A DNA stretch of 64,000 nt from assembly GCF_009914755.1 (NCBI RefSeq), contig NC_060925.1; one strand, given 5' to 3'. This DNA is from the human T2T-CHM13v2.0 reference genome, Homo sapiens. Shown one piece after another: positions 17,046 through 34,540 of this stretch; the first letter of the stretch is position 1, and each line of letters begins with the position of its first letter. A model generated the notes under the pieces. The model saw only the letters and a program-made list of their open reading frames with translations, was not told the DNA's origin and made no database searches. A program made the translations under genes and the position numbers.

Positions 17046-17351
17046 GAATTAAAATAAACCATGGGTTTGGAAAGCAATAAGCAAATGGGGTTGGAGATAG
17101 GACTGGACTCTGAACACAGCGTTGGTTTCAGAAGAGAGAGAAGACACTAGAGAACAGCTCTCTGACTAAGCTACATGCCTCTGTGGCAGCCTGGAATCTT
17201 GGGACACACGGCTTGCACCAGGCCACTCTTTTGGTTAAAGCAAAGGTTAAAGTCTGGTGTATTGGGACAAACTTTGGATAGAGATACAGAATGTGATCTA
17301 CGTCAATCCCTACTACTTAATAGCTGTGGGCCTTCTGCCAGTTTCCTCATA

Positions 17352-17710
17352 CAGGATGAGTATCCCTTATCTAAAATGCTTGGGACCAGAAGTGTTTCAG
17401 ATTTCAGAATTCTTGGACTTTGGAATATAATATAATATAATATAATATAACATAACATAATACAATACAATACAATACAATATAATATAATATAATATAA
17501 TATAATATAATATAGTATAATGTAATGTAATGTAATATAATATAATATAATATAATATAATATAATATAAATTTACCCAGGTGAGCATCCCAAATCCACA
17601 AATCCAAAATCCGAAATGCTCTAATGAGCATTTCCTTTGAACGTCATGCTGGTGTTCAAAAAGCATCAGATTTTGGATTTTAGATTTTTGGATTTGAGAT
17701 ACTCAACCTG
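17352..17710. mobile_element. Tigger4a/MER46A-like TcMar MITE within a MIR
   Basis: TA TSDs; terminal inverted repeats CAGG(A/T)TGAGTATC...GATACTCAACCTG. Confidence 0.8.
17424..17571. repeat. (AATAT)n pentanucleotide array with AACAT/AATAC/AATGT blocks
   Basis: Direct reading, ~29 units. Confidence 0.95.
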
Positions 17711-18496
17711 TATATATTTTGAGAGTAATAGTGTGTACTCTGCCAACTACATAGGGTTATTGCAAGGGTAAAGCAAAGATAAGCCATGGGACAGCACTTT
17801 GCAAACTGTTAAGAATTCTATTATCAGGGTCAAGATGGCAATCAGGGACACTATGACATGGACTACAGTCAAAAGATCCAGGAATGCCTGCCTTGGACAG
17901 CTAGATCTTCTCCCCAGGAGGTGCCTGAGGGAGACATACACACAGGTGACAGTCACAAAGGGTAAGTGAAGTTCTACATTATTAGTAGCTGGGCTTGGGT
18001 CCTAAATGCCAATGTGAGCGTTCTGATAAACTGACCTGGGCATGTAGCCCAGGTTAAAGGCCTCCAGAAGCCTCTCTTTATTCATTAAGTCACTGGTGAC
18101 AAGGACTAAAACACTTAGCACACTCAGCGACATGTAAGATCAGTGTTGAGGAGGGATTAGAGCAGGCCCCTGAGAGGGCCATTTTCTTTGTGTGATTTTC
18201 AAAAAGTACATTGATCTCATCCATTGGAAATTTTGGCCCCATTAGCATCCTGTGTTAGTGTTTCCTCATCCTTACTCTTCCCTTCAATTTCACTTCTCAG
18301 AAAGTGGAATTTGAGAATTTGTTGCTTCATCCCCAAACAGTTCAGATTTGCCCTTAAGATTCAAGCATAATGATTACCTGTGGCACACATTACCTCTACT
18401 GGAGAAATTATACTTTTGATAAGAATAGGCAAAGTGATATTACATTCTTATGTTCATCTCTTGATTCAAAACTGACTTGGAAATCATAGTGGATGG

Positions 18497-18941
18497 TGTG
18501 TTAGGCTGTTCTTGCATTGTTATAAATACATACCCAAGACTGGTCAATTTATAAGAAAAGAGGCTTAATTAGCTCATAATTCTGCAGGCTGCACAAGCAT
18601 GGCATTGGAATCTGTTTGGCTTCTGAGGAGGCCTCAGGGAGCTTATAATCATCGTGGACGGTGAAGTGGGAGCAGGCATGTCACATGGCGAAAGCAGGAG
18701 CCAGACAGAGAGAGTGGGGTGGCGGGGAAGGGACTGCACACTCTTAAATGACCAGATCCCCTGTGAACTTAGAGCGAGAGCTCACTTATCACCAAGGGCA
18801 TGGCCCAAGCCATTCATGAGAGATCTTCCCCCATGATCCAAACACCCTACCTCCTCTCCCACCCACCAGCCCCCACCTCCAGCATTGGGGATTACTTTTC
18901 AGTATGAGATTTGGGTGGGCACAAATATCCAAACTATATCT
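18497..18941 (-). mobile_element. MST-family (ERVL-MaLR) solo LTR
   Basis: 'tgtgttaggctgttcttgcattg...caaatatccaaactatatc'; GATGG TSD. Confidence 0.88.
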
Positions 18942-18946
18942 GATGG

Positions 18947-19303
18947 TGTATTAATCCATTTTCATGCTGCTGATAAAGACATACCCAAGACTGGGAAGAA
19001 AAAGGGGTTTAATTGGATTTACAGTTCCACATAGCCGGGGAGGCCTCAGAATCATGGCACGAGGCGAAAGGCACTTCTTACATGGCAGCAGCAAGAGAAA
19101 ATGAAGAAGAAGCAAAAGCAGAAACCCCTGATAAACCCATCAGATCTCATGAGACTTATTCACTATTACAAGGATAGCACGGGAAAGACGGGCAGGCCCC
19201 CATAATTCAGTTACCTCCCCCTAGGTCCCTCCCACAACATGTGGGAACTCTGGGAGATACAATTCAAGTTGAGACTTGGTGGGGACACAGCCAAACCATA
19301 TCA
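18947..19303 (-). mobile_element. THE1 (THE1C-like) solo LTR
   Basis: 'tgtattaatccattttcatgctgctgataaagac...ggggacacagccaaaccatatca'; GATGG TSD. Confidence 0.92.
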
Positions 19304-19949
19304 GATGGTGAACATAGAAGTGTTCCTGTGGGTATATGGCCATGTTTCTTGCCAAAACTTCCTGCATATGATTCTGGTTAATTGCAGTTTCTGGAAGTAT
19401 CAGCTAATCCTTGGCCTAAAGCTATCTTTCCCTTTTTTAGGGTGAGATAAGACTCCAGGAGTTCTCCTTGGTATGATACAAGCAGAAGGGCCCTCTTGCC
19501 TTCAGTTCTTCATGGTTGTAGTGGATATCCTCATTCTTCAAGCCCATGATGTTCCTTAGGGAAGGTAGTTCTGCTGTTTCTGTGCCAAGCCTGGGCATTA
19601 TGCTCACGTGAAACCTTTTTCCCTTGATTTTTGCTACTTCTCCAGGGCACTTCCTGGGAATGGGGCTTGGTACCTATTAGGACTATAAATTTGCCTCTCT
19701 CTGACCCCTCCAAGCTGAGAGAAGTCTCGCCTTTCTCCCTGCCACCTCTACTCCACCCTGCAGTCCCTTTCTGAGGGCAGGCTTTCTAGGAAGTTCTTTG
19801 TCTTCATGTAGTTTCTTTTTTCTTCCCTGTAAACATAAATGTCCCCTAGGGTGAATGAACATAAAGGCCTGGCCACAGGCTTTGAAAAAGGAAGTGATAA
19901 TACACAAAAATCTTCAAAATTATCTTTCTCCAGAGATTATTTCAAAAAC

Positions 19950-20320
19950 AGTTTTATTGAAGTACAATAGACATACAATAGACTGCACACATTAAAAATG
20001 CACAAGTTGGCCAGTTTTGACTTACATATAAACCTGTGAAATCATCACCATAATCAAGATAATGACCACATCCATCACTACCAAAAGTTGCTTGTGTCCC
20101 TTTATGATTCCTCTGGCCGCTCCTCCTTCCCCCAGGAAACAACTGATCTCTTTCTGTCACTATAGATTAACTTGTTTTTGTTTTCTAAAGTTACATATAA
20201 ATGGAAGCATACAGTATGTGCTTTTTTGGTCTGACTTTTTTTATTAAACATAATTGTTTTGAAATTTATCCATGTTGTTGTAGCATGCATCAATAGTTCA
20301 TTTTATTGCTGAATAGCAAG
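19950..20320 (-). mobile_element. Old L1M 3'-end fragment
   Basis: 'ttttattgaagtacaat...acatataaatggaagcatacagtatgtg'. Confidence 0.7.
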
Positions 20321-20409
20321 GCATGATCTAGGGTAGGACAAGTGAAGTGCCTAGGGTTAAAATGCAGTCAGTTCCTTATGATGATAATCATAATGATGAT
20401 GACTGTAAA

Positions 20410-22140
20410 AACATTTAATGAGACCTGCTCTCTTAACAAGTTTTTAAGTGTAATACACAGTATCGTTAAGTATAGGCACAATGTTGTACAGTGGATCTCT
20501 AGAACGTATTAATCTTGTATAACCGAACTTTATATCCCTCGAATATGAATTCCTCATTTCCCTTTCCTCCCAATTCCTGGCAACCATCATTCTACTTTGT
20601 TTCTATGATTTAGGCCATTTTTGATATGTAACGTATGTGGAATCAGGCAATATTTACCCTTCTATGGCTGGGTTATTTCACTTAGAATTATTTCTACCGG
20701 GTTCAACCATTTAGTCAAAAATGTTAGGATTTCTTTCTTTCTTCTTTTTTGTTCTTTTCATTATTATTTTTTATTATCATTATACTTTAAGTTCTGGGGT
20801 ACATGTGCATAATGTGCAGGTTTGTTACATAGGTATACACGTGCCATGGTGGTTTGCTGCACCCATCAAACCATCATCTACATTAGGTATTTCTCCTAAT
20901 GCTGTCCCTCCCCTAGCCCCCCACCCAATTTCTTTCTTTTTTAAAGCTGAATAAGATTCCATTGTAGGTGTATCCCACATTTTCTGTATCTACTTATCTG
21001 CTGATAGTCATTTGTGTTGTTTCCATGTCTTGGCTTTTGTGAATGGTGCTGCAATGAACATGGAAGGGCAGATATCTCTTCAAGATGCTGATTTAGATCC
21101 TCTTGGGTATATACCAGAAGTGGGACTGCTGGAGCATATGGTAGTCCTATTTTTAATTTTTTGAGGAGCCTCCATACTGACTGCATCATTTTACATTCCC
21201 ACTAACAGTTTATAAGGGTTCCAGTTTCTCTACATCCTTGCCAACATTTGTTATCTTTTGATTTTGTTGATGATAGTCATCCTGACATGTATAAGGTGAT
21301 ATCTCATTATGGTTTTAATTTGCATTTCCCTAATGATTAGTGATGTTGAACACCTTTTCGTGTAACTTGGCCATTTGTATGTCTTCTTTGAAGAAATGTC
21401 TATTCAACTTCTTTGACCACTTTAAAATCATATTTTTTGTTTCCTATCAAGTTGTATGAGTTCCCTATATATCTTGGATATTAACCTTCAAATATATAAT
21501 TTGCAAATATTTTCTCTCATTCCAAAGGTCTTTTCACTTTGTTCATTGTTTCCTTTGCTGTGCGGAAGTTTTTGTTGTTGTTGTTCAATTGTAGTTCCGC
21601 CTGTTTTTGCTTTTGTTGCTTATGTGTTTGGTATCATATCCAAGAAATCATTGCTTAGACCAATGTTTTTTTCATGTATCTTCTTCCAGGAGTTTTATAC
21701 TTTTAGATATCATGTTTAAATCTTTAATCCATTTTGAGTTGATTTTTGGGTACAATGTATGATAATAGTTTAATTTTATTATCTTGCATGTGGATATCCA
21801 GTTTTCCCAACACCATTTATTAATGAGATTTTTTTTTTTGCCCATTGTTTATTTTTGACACTCTTGTTGAAGATCAGTTGACCTGTGTGGGTGACTTCCA
21901 GGCTCTCTATTCTGTCCTATTGGTCTATATGTCTGTTTTTTCAGGTACCATACTGTTTTAAGTAACTTTCTAAAATATTTTGAAATTAGGACGTGTGATA
22001 CTTCTGACTGATTTCTTCTTTTTCAACATTGCTTTGGATATTTTGAAACTTTTTGTGGTTCCATATAAATTTTAGGGTTTAAAATTATTTCAAAATAATT
22101 TCTGTAACAAATGTCACTGAGATTTTGAAATGCAATCAGT
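20410..22140 (-). mobile_element. Old L1MA-type fragment
   Basis: Degenerate 3' UTR/ORF2 ('ttttaatttgcatttccctaatgattagtgatgttgaac'). Confidence 0.85.
20741..20927 (-). mobile_element. Short L1PA (PA7/8-like) 3' end nested in the L1MA
   Basis: 'tatactttaagttctggggtacatgtgc...'; TSD ATTTCTTTCTTT at 20729-20740 and 20928-20939. Confidence 0.85.
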
Positions 22141-23301
22141 TGTGAATCCGTTTCAATTGTTCTTTTTTTTCTTACAATGGTTTCTATTTTTCTGCTTTGT
22201 CAAATGCCTGATAATTTTTTATAGTATGGGACACACTTACACCTTAAAACTTTTTGTTAGATGGCTGAATAGGAACAGCTCCAGTCTACAGCTCCCAGTG
22301 TGAGCAACGCAGAAGATGGGTGATTTCTGCATTTCCAGCTGAGGTACTGGGTTCATCTCACTGGGACTTGTCGGAAAGTGGGTGCAGCCCACAGAGTGTG
22401 AGCTGAAGCAGGGTGGGGCATCGCCTCACCCAGGAAGTGCAAGTGGTTGGGGAATTCCCTTTCCTAGCCAAGGGAAGCTGTGACAGATGGTACCTGGAAA
22501 ATCGGGACACTCCCAGCCTAATACTGCGCTTTTCCAATGGTCTTAGCAAACGGCACACCAGGAGATTATATCCTGCGCCTGGCTTGGAGGGTCCCACGCC
22601 CACGGAGCCTTGCTCACTGCTAGCACACCAGTCCGAGATCGAACTACAAGGTGGCAGCGAGGCTGGGGGAGGGGCCTCTGCCATTGCTGAGGCTTGAGTA
22701 GGTAAACAAAGAAGCCGGGAAGGTCGAACTGGGTGGTACCCATCACAGCTCAACCAGGCCTGCCTGCCTCTGTAGACGCCACCTCTGTGGGCAGGGCGTA
22801 GCTGAACAAAAGGCAGCAGAAACTTCTGCAGACTTAAACGTCCCTGTCTGACAGCTTTGAAGAGAGTGGTGGTTCTCCCAGCATGGAGTTTGAGATCTGA
22901 GAATGGACAGCCTGCCTCATCAAGTGGGTCCCTGACCCCCGAGTAGCCTAACTGGGAGACACCTCCCAGTAGGGGCCTACAGACACCTCATACAGCTGGG
23001 TGCCCCTCTGAGATGAAGCTTCCAGAGGAAGGATCAGGCAGCAACATTTGCTGTTTTGCAATATTTGCTGTTTTGCAATATTTGCTGTTCTGCAGCCTGC
23101 ACTGGTGATACCCAGGCAAACAGGGTCTGGAGTGGACCTCCAGCAAACTCCAACAGACCTGCAGATGAGGGTCCTGACTGTTAGAAGGAAAACTAACAAA
23201 GAGAAAGGAATAGCATCAACATCAACAAAAAGGACATCCACACCAAAGCCCCATCTGTAGGTCACCATCATCAAAGACTAAAGGTAGATAAAACCACAAA
23301 G

Positions 23302-24309
23302 ATGGGGAGAAACCAGAGCAGAAAAGCTGAAAATTCTAAAAATCAGAGCACCTCTTCTCCTCCAAAGGAACACAGCTCCTCAAGAGCAATGGAACAAAGA
23401 TGGACGGAGAATGACTTTGACAAGATGACAGAAGTAGGCTTAAAAATATCAGTAATAACAAACTTCTCCAAGGAAGTTTGGAGGATGTTCAAACCCATCG
23501 CAAAGAAGCTAAAAACCTTGAAAAAAGATTAGACGAATGGCTAACTAGAATAAACAGTGTAGAGAAGACCTTAAATGACCTGGTGGAGCTGAAAACCATG
23601 GCACGAGAACTACGTGATGCATGCACAAGCTTCAGTAGCCAATTTGATCAAGTGGAAGTTCAAGTGAATGAAATGAAGCGAGAAGAGAAGTTTAGAGAAA
23701 AAAGAGTAAAAAAAAAATGAACAAAGCCTCCAAGAAATATGAGACTGTGTGAAAAGATCAAATCTACATCTGACTGGTGTACCTGAAAGTGACGGGGAGA
23801 ATGGAACCAAGTTGGAAAACACTCTTCAGGGTATTATCCAGGAGAACTTCCCCAACCTAGCAAGGCAGGCCAACATTCAAATTCAAGAAATACAGAGAAC
23901 GCCACAAAGATACTCCTCGAGAAGAGCAACCCCAAGACACATAATTGTCAGATTCACCAAGGTTGAAATAAAGGAAAAAACGTTAAGGGTAGCCAGAGAG
24001 AAAGGTCAGGTTACCCACAAAGGGAAGCCCATCAGCCTAATAGCGGATCTCTCAGCAGAAACTTTACAAGCCAGAAGAGAGTAAAGGCCAATATTCAACG
24101 TTCTTAAAGAAAAGAATTTTTAACCCAGAATTTCATATCCAGCCAAACTAAGCTTCATAAGTGAAGGAGAAATAAAATCCTTTACAGACAAGCAAATGCT
24201 GAGAGATTTTGTCACCACCAGGCCTGCCCTACAAGAGCTCCTGAAGGAAGTGCTAAACATGGAAAGGAAAAACCAGTATCAGCCACTGCAAAAACATGCC
24301 AAATTGTAA
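23302..24309 (+). pseudogene. L1 ORF1p remnant (frameshifted)
   Basis: Fragments MGRNQSRK..., ...IVRFTKVE... in different frames with stops. Confidence 0.92.
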
Positions 24310-24372
24310 ACACCATCGATGCTAGGAAGAAACTGCATCAACTAATGAGCAAAATAACCAGCTAACATCATA

Positions 24373-28191
<3,819 letters not shown>

Positions 28192-29228
28192 ACAGTGAGA
28201 ACACCTGGACACAGGGCGGAGAACATCACACACTGGGGCCTGTCGTGGGGTGAGGGGACGGGGGAGGAATGGCATTAAGAGAAATACCTATTGTAAATGA
28301 CGAGTTAATGGGTGCAGCACACCAACATGGCACATGTATATATGTGACAAACCTGCACATTGTGCACATGTACCCTACAACTTAAAGTATAATAAAAAAA
28401 AAAGAGAAAAGAAAAAAAAAACTTTTGTTGCTTATCCGAAATTTAAATTTAACTAGGTATACTCTATTTTATCTGGCAATCAGGTGTCCTGAGACTCTAG
28501 CTTCCTTTACTTCTCTGGACTCCCATTTTTGTCTCCTCAACTCAGGAAATTCTCCAGGCTCTGCCTGAGTTCCCACTCATTGTGTTGTATCCTGGACACA
28601 CTCTCATGCCAGTAAGCTGATGCCACCGTAGGGGTCAACTTTTTTGTTTCCTGACTCTCAGATTGTTGTCCTTCATTGTCAGATGCTCATTATCTTAAAA
28701 CATAATTTTTCATATATTTTGTCCTTTTTGGTTGTTTCACACTGGAGAGCAAATCTGGTCTCTGTTACTCCGTCTTTGGTTGAAAGTGGAAGTCTGTATC
28801 CAGAAGTTATTGTTTATAGCCAGGAGCCAGAACATGGTTCTAACCAGGGCCAAAAATGTGTGTTTGATCCCTTCATAGGTGAGTGTGTAGTTTCTTTATA
28901 GTTTTTATGCAATTAACTACTGAAAAAAATAATTCTTTGGGTCATAAAGGCGCCTGGTGATTATGAGGGTTCCTCACTACTGTCAGGAAATTGATTAGAA
29001 GTAAACATCTTCTAATAAGAGAATGGGATGGGCCACTGGGGTTATTACCAAGTACAAAGCATAAATTGGCACATTACATTGTATTACATTGATTGTCAGA
29101 GTTTGAACCAAAATATAGATTTGGCTGGGGGTCAAATCTCGGAGGCCCAAATTGTATTTGGAGTCAGGGCCAGGAAGACAAGTCTGATAGAGTCAGGGTG
29201 ATCAAACTGGGGCCATAGAGGAATTTAG

Positions 29229-29447
<219 letters not shown>

Positions 29448-30810
29448 TGAGGATGGTTACATCAAGAAAGCCCATGTTCTGGGGTTGGGCAGATTTCCTG
29501 GGCACAGATTCCTGACCCTAGGGGCTGGGGAAGGTGGTGTTATTGGCAGGAACTGTTGAGAAATGAAGGACAGACAGCAAGTGGGCCTGTCCTGCTCTGT
29601 ATGTTTTCAGGGAGAGAATTTAGGACTTAGCCACATGTACTGGTCTGGCAGCCCCATCTCAACCACAGAGGCCCCAGGGCCACATTACCCACAGTGAATG
29701 GGTTCATTGATAGGAAGTGGATTTGCTTTCCCTGACTTTCTCATTGTGAGCTGCTGCAGGAGGCAGGCAACAGTGGCACCTATGGGAAGGTGCAGATTAT
29801 GTAGGACACTGGGAGTTAGCATCCACTCCTCTTCTCAGTGGGTCTATGAAACATCACTCACTGCAAAGCATCACTCACTGCCAAGCATCAAGACACTGAG
29901 GCCTCCAACAAGTTCTCCACCTCTCTCAAGGATCTCTTACACAGAAGGGCCATCCTTGCCAACAGACAGAGTGTGGCAGTTTCCTGGGGCGATTGATTTC
30001 AGGGGTCTTGTACATCAATAAACTCCCTACTGCTCTACTGGTTGGACCCAATACTCTACCTGGAATCTTATTATTTTGTGAAGTATTGATTTTATTAAAA
30101 TGGAATTACCCATAAGAAAATGAATCCTGATGAACCTTTCCCCTTAATTTCTTAGTGTATGAAAGACTAGAGTGATGGTAGGTGGAATTGGAAGGGAGCA
30201 ACAAATGAATGGGTAATATCTGTGAGAAAAGGGAGCAATCCAAGGGAGAGGAAAAGTGGTAGGGAGTTCTCAAAGTAAACTTTATAATAATTTCACAATT
30301 TTGCTCAGTGGTAGCTCAGCCTGAAGGTAATAAAATGAAACCAGATTATTTACTACTTCCTTGACATGCTCTTCCCCCTCATCCTCCCCATGTGTTTCTA
30401 TGGCTCCTTGCTGGTCTGCAATGCCCATCCTGCTGCATTGCATAACCCACACTGGAGACCCTACTATCCCTCCTCCCTATTGCCATAACTTGATGTCCAA
30501 GCAAAGGGTGGCTAGCTTTGTTAGGCTGAGTTTGAAAGAGGGAAGGGAAATATGAAATGACTCATGCGGGAACAGAGAGTAGGAAGAGTTTTATTTCTCT
30601 TTATGCTTCTAAATCAGGATGGGAAGTGAAGGCTATGTGTGATCTGAAGGCCTCAGCTCACTGTCTTTCAGGGTCTCATGGTACTCCAGGGAAAGGGATC
30701 TGACCACAAATGGGTACTGTGGTGGCAGTGAAAACTGTGGCAAGAACCCAAAATGTTTATAAGGACAGCCTGCTCTCTCCCCTCAGTACAGGGCAGCTGC
30801 TTGCCTGTGA

Positions 30811-31155
<345 letters not shown>

Positions 31156-31404
31156 TAGGCTAGGAGAAGAAGGGTACAGGTTTTCTGTGTGGATATGTGT
31201 GTCCACAGACCAGGCATGCCCTTGTAAATGTGTGACCCAGGGTGAGGGAGGCAGGGAAGGAATATCAAGGCTGTGGGGAAAGCAGAGTAGATGCATTCTG
31301 CTCCTCGAATTAAGAAGAGAGAGTCCATCAAAAACGTGGTGGGGTGAAGAAAAGTGAGCATGATTTAATACCACCTCTTCACTCATTCTCTTCTCTCTCC
31401 TCAG

Positions 31405-31552
31405 GTGCTGGATGGAAATAGTAACCCCTATGACATTTTCCTAAAGGACTTGGAGCCGCCCATTGTAGCCAGATTTGTCCGGTTCATTCCAGTCACCGAC
31501 CACTCCATGAATGTGTGTATGAGAGTGGAGCTTTACGGCTGTGTCTGGCTAG
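31405..31552 (+). CDS. DDR2: DDR2 coding exon, discoidin domain end ([10 protein letters not shown]...ELYGCVWL)
   Basis: cctcag|GTGCTG...CTAG|gtaggt; 148 nt. Confidence 0.97.
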
Positions 31553-31854
31553 GTAGGTCACTAGCCCAGGAAGCCTATAGACTTTATTAAAAACTCCAAC
31601 TTCTGGGAAATGAAGGCAATCAAATCAGAAAGGGATGGGATCAGTTACTCCTGGAATGGTGATGCCCTCTTGGGAAGAATAGAGACAGAAGCATTGCTCA
31701 TTAACCCAGGGCTTAGGGCCCCACACTGAGTCATGCATTCAGAGTCATTACGTTGACTGCCATGGAGGGGCACTCCTCCAAAGTCTTCCCTCGGTGTCCA
31801 GATGGAGTCCTGCTGGACACGCTGTGCAAGCTTATACCCTTGAAACTCACATAG

Positions 31855-32019
<165 letters not shown>

Positions 32020-33139
32020 TAAATCCTGGGAAACTTTATTAGAATGGGAAATTGGCCACTAAGAAAGAATAATATTTTATCATGTCTTGGGATCAATAAT
32101 CAATCAACCAATCCGTATTTATTTAGTTCTTGTACAAGGCATTTGGAAATAATTTAGATGAAGGAATACACATGACCTTTATTTCCAGGGAACTTAAAGC
32201 CCGGTTTGGGAAGACAAGTTAATTACCCAGAAAACAATCAATTACACAAAGTAATGGCTAAAGTTTGTGATATGGCTCTAAGTATAATAGCCATATTTTT
32301 GACCCTCAAAACAGGACATGTAGTCTGACACAAATATTGACCTACTTATGGAAACAAAGGGCCAGAGAATTGAAGTAATAAGTATAATACTCTGGGCAAG
32401 TCAAGAAGTCAGAAAGAATAGACCTTATACATATAAATGCTTTGAAATTTGTAAAAAGGGGACTAGTAAGACTTACAATAGACAAGGAAAGTTCTAGGTT
32501 AAGATGAGAATTGTAGCAGAGGAAGGTAGGTAGAAGGTAGCAGAAGAAAGGAAGCAGGGCTGAAGGCAAGACTGACCTGGCTATAGTAGAAGCTGGAGTT
32601 GAGAAGAACAGAATGGAACAATGGATAAGCCTGAAGTGGATCAAAGGAGTGCCATGGCAAAGAAGTGTGACCAGATATAGTAGGAACTTAGGGTTGGGTA
32701 CAGGATGCTCCCACCTATACCGTTTCACTTCAAGCCTTTAAGCCTTGCCATTCTTCTAGCCCACACTAACACTTTTCTCTCTAAGCTTGGTCTGCATCTG
32801 CAAAGTGAGCCTGGGAGAGAATTCAGTCCATCGTGAAGACCAGACCAGATGATGGAGGTTGACAGGGCTCGAGAGAAGGAGATACTAGTGAGTCTCAGGA
32901 AGGGAGTGTGGAATTACAGCCTTCTACTGGCTTAGGTGTGGAGAATGAACTATTGCCCTCTAGCTGCCATCCCCTGGGTGAAGACCTGATTCATCCACTC
33001 TTCTACTCCTAGTCACTTCCTTTCCATCTTCTTAATCACTGTTCTTTCCTTTTTGCTTAAACGGTCTTGGCATAATTTCGCTCAGTCACACCCCAACAGG
33101 CATGTATTCAAGGCACAGAGGAAATCAGAGATCAACCGA

Positions 33140-34540
33140 ATTCAGTTTAATTTAATAAGCCTTTGTTAATCAACTGTTACTATATACAAGGAATTTGGCC
33201 AGGCATGTTAGGTATTCAAAGGTAATGGAGTCATTGATCCTACCTTTAAAGTGCTCACAATTTGGAGTAGGGGCTAAAACAGAATATAAGTTACTATGAT
33301 TCAAGTATATGAGCAAGAGATAGCCTATGACTGCTCTGGGGTTCAAAGGAAAAAGTAAACTATAGTAGGAAAGCACAAAAATGGGGATGAAAACATCTGG
33401 ATTTCATATAATAAAAGTTACTTCTGTTTGCTACAAGGCTTAAGGGATTAAAATGTGTGTGAAAAGCATTTCGTAAGATAAATTGCTATGCACATATAAG
33501 TTGTTATCTGATTATCATTTTTCTGAATGAAGGACCAGTAAAGATATGGTAGAACAGATGAAATCTGAACTGGGTCCCAAAGAATGGGTAGTACTTTCAC
33601 AGGTGCAGAATCTTGAAATGGAATTTTAGGCAGAGGGAATAATAGCATGAGGAAAAAAGAATCATGGTTATAAAGTTTAGGGGACTGTCTGGGAGAAATC
33701 AACAGTTTATTTAACCACGGGCCATATTTATGTGGCAAAGTAGTGCAGGAGAAGCAAAACAAAGCAGATTATGCCATATTTTGAAGGAACCTGAAGTCAA
33801 AGCCAAAAGGAGCAAGAAGTGGAGGAGGAGGAAGAGGAGAAATTGCTGTTCTTATTCTTCATAAACATTATCATTAATGTAATGAGTCATTGAAGATTTT
33901 TAAAGCTGAGGAAGGACATGATTGGAGCTGTGCTTTAGACAGATTAATCAAGCAGCATGCAAAGGTTAGATTGGAATGGAATGAGGAGGCTATGAGGAAC
34001 ATTTTAAAACTCTTAGTTCTGCCAAGTAAAAAGAATTAATGACCAAGGCCATAACCGTGACTGTGGGGAATGAGGAAAAGATATTCATTTAGGATGTTTG
34101 AAATCTGATTGGATGTATGAGGCAAAACAGTAGGGTGAGAAAAAGGGTCAGATGAAGTTTGACAGTCTAAGTGACTGAAACAATGGGGATGACATTTATT
34201 TATTCGACAAATATATTTTGAGTGCTTACCTTGCGCCAAGCATTTTCCATTACTATGAAGAGAAGTATAATTTATGGAAAAGGGAAACCAAGGAGAAAGA
34301 CTTAGTTCAGCAGGGGATGATGATGGATTTAGTTTGGAGTGTAGGTCTGTGAGACTGAGAAGACATTCAGTAGAGAAATAAGGAAGGTAGCCGGAATTAT
34401 GGCTCTTAACTCCAGGGGAAAGATAAAAAAAATTACAAAAATGTAGACATCATTGGCTTTCATTTAATAATTGAAGTAATGAAATATCTGGTGGAGGTGG
34501 CTGAGTGAAGAGATCCTCTCAGCCACTGAGAGATGACATC
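33140..34540 (-). mobile_element. L2 fossils
   Basis: 'ggaaggacatgattggagctgtgctttagacagattaat' and related L2 motifs. Confidence 0.6.

Noticed and set aside
17397-17666. Tyr/Ile-rich ORFs
   Set aside because: Translation of the (AATAT)n repeat.
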